Assembly: GCA_050012475.1 (NCBI GenBank)
Contig: JBEKHC010000099.1
Span: forward strand, 1-17,885
Direction: 5' to 3'
Length of the DNA stretch: 17,885 nucleotides
Source: Candidatus Velthaea sp.
GTDB taxonomy: Bacteria > Vulcanimicrobiota > Vulcanimicrobiia > Vulcanimicrobiales > Vulcanimicrobiaceae
The position numbers were made by a program, and so were the translations under genes. Positions 8,146 through 14,767 of this stretch are shown piece by piece (position 1 is the stretch's first letter; each line of letters begins with the position of its first letter). Below the pieces are notes generated by a model. It did not search any database. It saw only the letters and a program-made list of their open reading frames with translations, and was not told the origin of the DNA.

Positions 8146-9054
8146 ATGATGCGCGCGCGATGCCGCACGGCGATCCTTGCAGCGGCGTTCGGTTACGCCG
8201 GACTGGTACAGAGCCGGCCGCCCGCGAGCGCGGCCGACTTCTCATTCAACCCCTGCGCAAACCATGCCGGGGCGTCGGCTTCCCAAGCAGAGATCACGGT
8301 CGATGGCAGACGGCGCACGTACCTCGTTTCCGTTCGGACGCACGTCGCCGCGCGGCGTTGGCCGGTTGTCTTCGCCTTTCACGGCCGAGGTGAAACGCCC
8401 GAGCTCTTGGCGAACTATTCGGGTCTTTCACGACTGCCGGCCGTCGTCGTCTACCCGCGCGGTCTGCCGGGACGCGGCGGCAAATTGAGCTGGAGCGGAA
8501 CGCCGGCCGCGGCATCAGGTGTCGATGATGTACGCTTCGTCGAAGCGGTGTTGGCCCGGCTCGAGCAGACATCGTGCGTCGATCCAAACCGCATCTATGC
8601 AACGGGAAAGTCCGACGGCGGCGGCCTCGCCGCACAGCTTGCCTGCAAGGCCGCAGACCGCTTTGCGGCTATTGCTCCCGTCGCCGGCGCGTACTATCCG
8701 GTCGCCGGCGGATGCCGTCCGGCCCGCGCGATTGCCGTCCTCGAAATCCACGGTACCGCCGATCGCGTCGTTCCGTACACCGGTTCTCCGCATCGACGAT
8801 TACCGAACCTGCACGCGTGGCTCGTCGCTTGGAGTGAACGCAACGGCTGCACGAACGCACCGCGTCCACGCACGGTCGCAAGCGGCGTCGTGCAAGAACG
8901 CTGGAGCGGCTGCCGCGACGGGACGGTCGTCGAGGGCGATCGCATCGCCGGCGGCGGTCACACCTGGCCCGGCGCGCTCGCCTCGAGCGGACCCGGGAAA
9001 ACGTCCACGGCCATCGACGCAACCGCCGTTATGGCATCCTTCTTCAGCCTGTGA
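8146..9054 (+). CDS. Secreted alpha/beta-hydrolase esterase, LpqC / PHB-depolymerase-like
   Basis: Signal-like N-terminus; VDGRRRTYLV, PVVFAFHG, VDDVRFV, DPNRIYATGKSDGG (GxSxG), HGTADRVVPY, GGGHTWPG. Start at ATG 8146 or 8149. Confidence 0.88.
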   Translation: MMRARCRTAILAAAFGYAGLVQSRPPASAADFSFNPCANHAGASASQAEITVDGRRRTYLVSVRTHVAARRWPVVFAFHGRGETPELLANYSGLSRLPAVVVYPRGLPGRGGKLSWSGTPAAASGVDDVRFVEAVLARLEQTSCVDPNRIYATGKSDGGGLAAQLACKAADRFAAIAPVAGAYYPVAGGCRPARAIAVLEIHGTADRVVPYTGSPHRRLPNLHAWLVAWSERNGCTNAPRPRTVASGVVQERWSGCRDGTVVEGDRIAGGGHTWPGALASSGPGKTSTAIDATAVMASFFSL

Positions 9055-9063
9055 CTATCGTCA

Positions 9064-9114
9064 TATCGCATCCTCCTAGTATCGCGTCTTTTTCGAATAC
9101 CGCGTCTTTTTCGA
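9064..9114 (-). repeat. Direct repeats CGCGTCTTTTTCGA x2 plus one degenerate copy
   Basis: Exact 14-mers at 9083-9096 and 9101-9114; related TATCGCATCCTCCTA at 9064-9078. Confidence 0.7.
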
Positions 9115-9442
9115 GCCCGGGCCGTTCAGGTGGCCCGAGCTCGCCTGCCGTGGCTGCTTACTGGGCCAAACAGGTTTCCCATCTCGCCGGGAGGCCCATC
9201 ATGCTCCTGGGGCTTATGGGGGGCGAGCCGGGCGCCTGCGTTGTTGAGAAGCGGCTATCGAACTGCTCAATCCAAGTCGACTTCGATGCTCTTGTTGCCA
9301 ATGGCTCGACGGATGTCGCAACGATGGAAACACGGATGAACTTTAGAGAACCTAGTGGCGACGGGTCAGCTTTGACCGGAGACACGGGTGCGGGCTGCAG
9401 GTCCGGGCGCGCGACCTTCCGATCCAGCTCGACCAGCTGTTC

Positions 9443-9715
9443 TTGAAACGACGGCTTTTCGTTGCCGCCGACGTGGACGACGCCGCGCGCGCTGCGTGCG
9501 CGCGCGTCGCCGAGCGGCTGCGCGCCAGGGGCTGGCCCGGCAAATGGGTCGCGCCGGAAAACTACCACAGCAGTCCGCGAGATCGCAGCGCGCATCCCGG
9601 CGCTCGACGTGCCGCTCGACACGGTCGGTGCGTTTCCGAACCAGCGGCACCCGCGCGTCGCGTGGGCCGGCTCGGGCGTGCCGGTTCCCGCATTCGTCAC
9701 AATGTGCGGCATCGT
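9443..9715 (+). pseudogene. thpR: RNA 2',3'-cyclic phosphodiesterase (2H family) pseudogene with internal deletion/frameshift and 3' truncation
   Basis: RRLFVAADV...KWVAPENYH stops at the first HxT motif (9568); the sequence resumes in another frame (AVREIAA..LDTVGAFPNQRHPRVAWAG) and is cut at 9716. The second HxT motif is absent. Confidence 0.85.
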
Positions 9716-10036
9716 TGTGAGATTGAGAAGACGATGCAACTAGCGCGAAGAGGATGCAACTAGGCGAGAAGAGGACGCAACTGGACCCATAAAGCGGCGC
9801 TGAGGCGCAAAACGCATCGGAGAGGGGAGGCCGTACCAGAGCAGGGTAAGGACACCCCCAACCCTGGCACGGTGATGTGTGACGGGCCGGTTTTTCCGGG
9901 ACCAACCCAGCCACCCTCCATCGCTTACCTTACATAGCAAGTAAGGCAGCGCAAAGAGGCAGCAGGCTCGCGACGACCTCCCATAGAGCGCGATTTGTGC
10001 GCGACGGCGCCGACTAGCGGAGAAGAAGACGCAACT
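9716..10036 (+). mobile_element. Tn7/Tn5053-like transposon end (TGT terminus + four putative TnsB/TniA sites)
   Basis: TGTGAGATTGAGAAGACGATGCAAC at 9716-9740. Cores: GAAGACGATGCAACT 9727-9741, GAAGAGGATGCAACT 9747-9761, GAAGAGGACGCAACT 9768-9782, GAAGAAGACGCAACT 10022-10036. It begins where thpR similarity ends. No tnsABC/tniAB in this window. Confidence 0.75.
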
Positions 10037-10087
10037 GAGGGCGTGTCGTTTCGTCGCCTATGGCGATGCTAGTAGGCGCTTACCTGG

Positions 10088-11350
10088 ATGTTTGATTCCC
10101 CCTTCGGGCGATCACCCGCACCTGGAACACCGATCCGTTCGCCACACCGCCGCGGCCGGCCGTCCCTGCGGGAACGCCCCGAACAGGTGGCGTTTGCGCC
10201 GGCGGTACCGGTAGCGCTTCGCCTCGATCCCGACCCTGAGCAGCGGACCTGGTATGGAGGCTGGCGACGCAAGATTGAGCTCCCAGCGTGTCGGCTAGTG
10301 TGGGTTGGCGATGCGATCCAGGCACCGGGTCTATCGCGTGGTTGGCACGTCGAGGTGCTGGTCGCGCCGTTGACGAGCCCCGGCGCTTCCGCGCTACAGG
10401 TTCTGACGTTGCCGATGAGCGTGCTTGGCTTGCTCACCGTAGGCCGTGTGCTGGAGGACCCGTCCCAAGAGAAGCCGGCGCACGGTTTTGGCGGTCCGGG
10501 CCCACAGTTAAGCTTCCTGGGCAGCGAGTGGATCGTCGAACTGGACTTTGGCACGCCTCACACGTCGATCGTGAGCGCCGCTGCCTTGGGCCTCTCGGTG
10601 ACACCCCTCCCGCTACGGTTTGCCGACTCGCCGCTGTGCGTGGTCAACGATCTGAGCGCAGGCAAGCTAGTGCTCATCCCTTGTTGGGAGCTTTTTCGGT
10701 TCTACTACGCGCAAATGCCGGCGGTGGCGCGCCTGGTCCTGGACTTTCCGCGTTGGACGCAGGCGACGCTCGAGCGGCTTCTGGGTTTCTTCGACGGCCA
10801 TCGCTTTTCAAGCTCGGTCGCCCGACCGAGCGTCCCTGGCTTGGGCGCAGCCGCCCAGCTGCGCGCGATCGGTCGCGACGCGGCGGTTTCGTACGCCCGT
10901 CGCGGGCGCGTTCAGATTCGGGCCGTCCCGCCGTTTGCCGGGCCCACCATCCTTGAGGTCGTGGGCCTCCCGACGCTGGTCGGGGAACACGAAGCGCTCT
11001 TCGTCCAGCAGATCCTTGAGTCGCGGCCGTTGCCCGCGGGGCAGCCGGGAATCCGGTGGTGGTCCAAGCCGGTGGGTCCAGCCTTCGGCTCGCACGTCGA
11101 ACACCTGGCATGGCGGGTGATGTACTTCACCGGGACGCTCCCGACGACGCTCATGCCGCTGGCAACCTGGGAAGCCTTCGTTGAGCTCGCGGAGCGGGCG
11201 CCCGCCTTACTCCGGATCCGGCACATCGAGGACCCGGACACCTTGCGCGTCGGCTTCTTACACGCGCTGGCGCGCCAGCGAGCGTTCGTGCCGAAGCTTA
11301 CGGCTCGCGGGCGCGCCAGGCCGCATACGCCTGCACGAGGCGAATCGTGA
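10088..11350 (+). CDS. TnsE-like protein (N-terminal domain similarity, divergent C-terminus), 420 aa
   Basis: Colinear blocks RLVWVGDAI..WHVEVLVAP, LGLLTVGRVL, VLIPCWELFRFYY, PPFAGPTILEVVG..LFVQQIL resemble the recalled Tn7 TnsE blocks QVVHIGHLF..WRIFVWFNP, LPLLSRAKVV, YHIPQLELAR.LF, PPPMQGWKLHVKG..YLVEEIV. Start codon uncertain. Confidence 0.6.
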   Translation: MFDSPFGRSPAPGTPIRSPHRRGRPSLRERPEQVAFAPAVPVALRLDPDPEQRTWYGGWRRKIELPACRLVWVGDAIQAPGLSRGWHVEVLVAPLTSPGASALQVLTLPMSVLGLLTVGRVLEDPSQEKPAHGFGGPGPQLSFLGSEWIVELDFGTPHTSIVSAAALGLSVTPLPLRFADSPLCVVNDLSAGKLVLIPCWELFRFYYAQMPAVARLVLDFPRWTQATLERLLGFFDGHRFSSSVARPSVPGLGAAAQLRAIGRDAAVSYARRGRVQIRAVPPFAGPTILEVVGLPTLVGEHEALFVQQILESRPLPAGQPGIRWWSKPVGPAFGSHVEHLAWRVMYFTGTLPTTLMPLATWEAFVELAERAPALLRIRHIEDPDTLRVGFLHALARQRAFVPKLTARGRARPHTPARGES

Positions 11351-11867
11351 AGAACGGCGCTTCGGGCGCGATCACCATCCCGGCCGGTCCGCGAGCGGCA
11401 ATGGCGCGCAGAGCAGCTTGCTGGGCTTCGGGGAGCGCAGCGATCGCCGCTAGCGCGCGCTCGCGTTCGGTCTGCCAGACCACGGTCGGATCGACTTCTG
11501 GGGGGTTGGTCCGCCGGGAGATCTCGTCGGCGCGATGGTCGCGGCAGACCCACACGACCTCACGCCACTTGGCCGGATCGAGAATCAGCGCCGTGACGTC
11601 GTCCCAGGCCGAACAGCGAACGCAGCGGCCCTTGAGGATCTTGCCGCGGGCGATCGCGACGAACAGTTTGGCCCGGGCCGAGTCCTTGGCGCGGGCGGTA
11701 TCATCGCGGTACACGGCGCGGGTGCGCCGGCGGGCGTTGCGCTCGCGGTGGTGGCGCTCGTGTGAGGCGCGGTTGGCGGCGGCAAAGCACGCTTTGCAGT
11801 AGCGCCCATCCGGAGTGGGCGTGTTTTTGCAGCGCGGTTTTGAGCACGTCCGGCGCAGCGGTGGCAT
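11298..11867 (-). CDS. Zn-finger protein with degenerate HNH-like module (~189 aa)
   Basis: CSKPRC...CKAC, a basic helix, then ARAKLFVAIARGKILKGRCVRC...VVWVCRDH, resembling the phage-type CxxC..AHHxDY..WLCxxH module but with ALILDP in place of AHHxDY. ATG 11867 chosen; its 3' end overlaps the convergent TnsE-like gene. Confidence 0.65.
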   Translation of the reverse strand: MPPLRRTCSKPRCKNTPTPDGRYCKACFAAANRASHERHHRERNARRRTRAVYRDDTARAKDSARAKLFVAIARGKILKGRCVRCSAWDDVTALILDPAKWREVVWVCRDHRADEISRRTNPPEVDPTVVWQTERERALAAIAALPEAQQAALRAIAARGPAGMVIAPEAPFFTIRLVQAYAAWRAREP

Positions 11868-11909
11868 TTCCGTTTCAGACGCTAACACGATTTTGGGGTG
11901 CCGTCCAGG

Positions 11910-11937
11910 GGTTAAGATAATTGCGAGTATATTAACT
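11910..11937. promoter_or_regulatory. dif/Xer-like tyrosine-recombinase crossover site (11-6-11)
   Basis: GGTTAAGATAA-TTGCGA-GTATATTAACT: arms are 8/11 inverted repeats and resemble the XerD arm TTATGTTAAAT. AT-rich island ending 3 bp before the recombinase ATG. Confidence 0.65.
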
Positions 11938-11940
11938 CTC

Positions 11941-12164
11941 ATGCAGCCCGAACCGCCGCCCGCGCCTCATCCCAGCCCGGCCGAACCGCTCCGCGCCCCG
12001 CTGATCGCCCGCCCGGGCCGGGCCGAAGAAGAGGTCGCCGCGCTGCCGATTCCGCCCGACACCACCGACAACGAGCTCGTCGCCCTGTGGCTGCACGGCA
12101 AGAGCCCCAACACCATCCGGGCCTACAGTGAGGACGTCGCCGCTTTCCGGGCCTTCACCGGCAA
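11941..12164 (+). pseudogene. Tyrosine recombinase/integrase N-terminal (SAM-like) fragment truncated by the Tn3 insertion
   Basis: DNELVALWLHGKSPNTIRAYSEDVAAFRAFTGK is a typical integrase N-terminal pattern (SxNTxRAY..D...F). The frame then enters the Tn3 IR and stops at 12192. Confidence 0.8.
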
Positions 12165-12202
12165 GAGGAGAAGACACGAAACGGAATTTTAAGCACGTTA
12201 AG
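12165..12202 (+). repeat. Tn3-family 38-bp left terminal inverted repeat
   Basis: GAGGAGAAGACACGAAACGGAATTTTAAGCACGTTAAG: 38 bp with a Tn21-like inner part ending ACGTTAAG; starts GAGG rather than GGGG. Confidence 0.85.
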
Positions 12203-12329
12203 GGCCTGCTGCGAGTGCTGCAATGGTATAAATATAAAAGACCCTTTTGCGAGCGGCAAGAAGTCCCGCGAGCCGGGGAGATCCTCTCCTGCACGAGCAT
12301 GCCGAAGTAGACCGCGTCTCGGGCCGACG

Positions 12330-13865
12330 TTATCGGATCGGGTGCTGGCCGAGATCGTGGGGGCCTATGCCGCTGCGGGCCGCCTCGATAGCGACTTCGT
12401 CGTCCGTCAGGCGCCGCTTGGCGGCAACATCTCCACGAACACGATGCATCACGCCGACGGGGGCGGCAGTTGTAACACGCGGAGCGGATTTATCAAATGT
12501 GATAGCAAGAATGGCTACGTCGTCGACCGGCTTCACGGCCGAGAAAAGAGCTTGCTCGATGGCCCGCGCAGGATTCGGTTCTTTCATTGCGGTGCGCATC
12601 AGTTCGAGTAAGCGAGCGAGTCCTGCGATGATGTCACGGTCTTGCTCGATCACTCCGTCAGTGTAAAGCAGCAGTGTCGCACCTGGCGGAGCCGTTAGCT
12701 TAAAATCCTTATACCTCGTATCGAAGAAAACTCCGAGCGGCAAACCATCATATGGCAGAAGGACCGGAGCCTCACCCGGGTCAGCCAGCATCGGTGGCGG
12801 ATGTCCCGCCGTCGCATACACGAGCTCGCGCGTAAAGGGGTCGATAAAACCGACAATCACCGTTACCATGTGCGGCTCTTGAAGCATGAGCGCCCTGTTC
12901 GCGCGTTCGAGCACCTTTGCCGGATCATCGTCTTGGAGTGCAGCTGCAAGAAGCGATTGTCGAACCCGGTTCATAATGACGGCAGCAAGAAGTCCATGAC
13001 CTCCGACATCGCCGATCGAAAACATGATCCGTTTGTCGGGCAACTCATAGACGTCGTACCAATCGCCCCCGACGAGCAGATGGTGAGCCGCCGGACTATA
13101 CACCGCGTCGAACGTCAAATTCGGAATCGCAGGCAGCGAGTTGCCGGCGAGCGCCTTTTGGAGCAGAGTTGCAACTCGTCTATGGCTTCCGCCAGACACA
13201 CGTGCGAGAACGAGTGCGTACGCTGACGCTATCACCGCGATCAACGCCGCGATAACGAACGTTAGCAAGATGCGCAACGAACGTTCTGACTCTTCGTCTG
13301 CTTTTGCTGCGGCGTGACTAAGCCGCTCTTCCAGCTCCGCATTGTCTCCGCGGAAGCGGTCGACGATGGCTTTGCCGCGGCGTTGTAGTGCGAGGGTCGC
13401 GGGTGAGAAGCGCCAGTCGGCCAGCAGTGGTTGCGCGACCACCGTCAGCCACTCATTGTTCATCCGCTCCTGATCCGCTTCAAGCAACACCGCTCGGTCG
13501 ATTCGAAGGTCTTGTAATGCGCGATGGAGTTTCGGGAATGCAGCGGAGAGTTTAGGGAGCGCCAGGCGGTAGGGTTCAAGGAACCACGGGTCACCGGTGC
13601 CCGTATAGCCCCGAACGCCCGTTTCCTCGTCGAGTTGATACCTCAAAACGCGCGCCCGCAAGGCCTGCACGATGCGGATCTCGCGCTGGTACGCTGCGCT
13701 CGTCTTCGCGCGATCGAAGACTGCCCACCCCGCAACTAGGAGCACGGCAATAACGATCACCAGCGCTGGTATCGTGGTGTACGCCTCATTCGCTAGAGCG
13801 ACTCGCCGCATCGGCACGTCAGCGACATTCTGAGGACGATACGGTCGCGACCTAGCGCTGTACAT
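12330..13865 (-). CDS. Membrane sensor phosphatase: TM-CHASE3-like-TM-SpoIIE/RsbU (PP2C)
   Basis: LDEETGVRGY..TGDPWFLEPY (CHASE3-like) between two hydrophobic segments; PP2C motifs VGGDWYD, DVGGHG, AGHPPP, YTDGVIE, DDVAIL. True start may be ATG 13811. Confidence 0.92.
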   Translation of the reverse strand: MYSARSRPYRPQNVADVPMRRVALANEAYTTIPALVIVIAVLLVAGWAVFDRAKTSAAYQREIRIVQALRARVLRYQLDEETGVRGYTGTGDPWFLEPYRLALPKLSAAFPKLHRALQDLRIDRAVLLEADQERMNNEWLTVVAQPLLADWRFSPATLALQRRGKAIVDRFRGDNAELEERLSHAAAKADEESERSLRILLTFVIAALIAVIASAYALVLARVSGGSHRRVATLLQKALAGNSLPAIPNLTFDAVYSPAAHHLLVGGDWYDVYELPDKRIMFSIGDVGGHGLLAAVIMNRVRQSLLAAALQDDDPAKVLERANRALMLQEPHMVTVIVGFIDPFTRELVYATAGHPPPMLADPGEAPVLLPYDGLPLGVFFDTRYKDFKLTAPPGATLLLYTDGVIEQDRDIIAGLARLLELMRTAMKEPNPARAIEQALFSAVKPVDDVAILAITFDKSAPRVTTAAPVGVMHRVRGDVAAKRRLTDDEVAIEAARSGIGPHDLGQHPIR

Positions 13866-14029
13866 GCCTTTTCCGTTGCTTTACAGTGTTGCGCTGTGCT
13901 GGCACGCACGCACCCGATGGACCAGTTACGTATGACTTGGATCAGTATGTCCGAGATATAATACGTTGATAGCAGCCGGCGGTCCCGAGCTTCGCGCGCA
14001 AGCGTCGGATGTTGACGTCCACGGTGCGC

Positions 14030-14677
14030 TCATCGTCGGCTGATTTCATCGACCACGTCTGGCGATAGGGCCGGCATTTTAACGCGGTCGCGCTTGACGA
14101 TATCCAGGACGGTATTCTTGCTCAGCCCGAGCCGGTGGCTGATTTCGCGGTAAGACTGTCCTTCGCCGACGAGCTTTAGCACTTTCGGCGCAAAACGGTC
14201 CGCCTTGATCCGCTGTCCGGGCCGCCGGCCGAACACGACGCCACGTTCGCGTGCGGCCGCAATACCGGAGCGGACCCGTTCGCGCAGTAGATCCCGCTCA
14301 AACTCTGCCAACGCCGCCATCAGGGAAGCGATTAATTTTCCCTGCGCGCTACGGAGATCGAACTGCAAGCCGGTCTGAGCCACCAGCGACACGTTCCAGG
14401 CCTGTAGGTCCTGCAGCGTGTGGAACAGATCGAGCATCGATCGGCCCCAGCGGGTGAGTTCGGTAACCAGGATGACGTCGATCTTGCGGGCCTGCGCCAA
14501 TGCGAGAACCAGTTTGCGTTCGGCGCGCTCGTCCTTAGCTCCGGAGGCGGTTTCTTTCCAGACCCCGACGACTTTGTAGCCGGCCTTTTTGGCGAAGGCG
14601 CGCAGATCGCTTTCCTGTCGGGCACAGGTCTGGTCGGCGGTGGATACCCGGCAATACAGCGCGGCAGACTGTCCCAA
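14030..14677 (-). CDS. tnpR: Serine resolvase (~215 aa)
   Basis: TTG start at 14677 after GAAGGG; YCRVSTADQ catalytic motif, VTELTRWGRS, AEFERDLLRERVRSG, FGRRP, C-terminal HTH (SYREISHRLGLSKNTV). Confidence 0.95.
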   Translation of the reverse strand: MGQSAALYCRVSTADQTCARQESDLRAFAKKAGYKVVGVWKETASGAKDERAERKLVLALAQARKIDVILVTELTRWGRSMLDLFHTLQDLQAWNVSLVAQTGLQFDLRSAQGKLIASLMAALAEFERDLLRERVRSGIAAARERGVVFGRRPGQRIKADRFAPKVLKLVGEGQSYREISHRLGLSKNTVLDIVKRDRVKMPALSPDVVDEISRR

Positions 14678-14767
14678 TTGAACCCTTCGCGCCAAACACC
14701 CCGGAAACGGGCCTTTTCGTGTGGCAGAGTGTTGGTCTATTCAAAGTATACTTCAAAGGGGACAGGC
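14678..14767. promoter_or_regulatory. Divergent tnpR/tnpA promoter region with putative res site I
   Basis: Palindrome AAGTATACTT (14744-14753) gives TATACT on both strands and has a central TATA with GTC/GAC flanks. Position is as in Tn3-type res; subsites not resolved. Confidence 0.45.

Noticed and set aside
9051..9446. 131-aa plus-strand ORF and 193-aa minus-strand ORF (9158-9739)
   Set aside because: No motifs or convincing RBS; the region looks like a decayed junction.
9727..9782. Tandem repeats as a CRISPR array or plasmid iterons
   Set aside because: Gaps are only 5-6 bp, and there is no cas or rep gene or AT-rich unwinding region. The TGT terminus and the gene truncation fit a transposon end better.
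9923..9950. CCTTAC-N7-GTAAGG inverted repeat inside the transposon end region
   Set aside because: Short stem with no U-tract; it might be an operator but nothing here supports a call.
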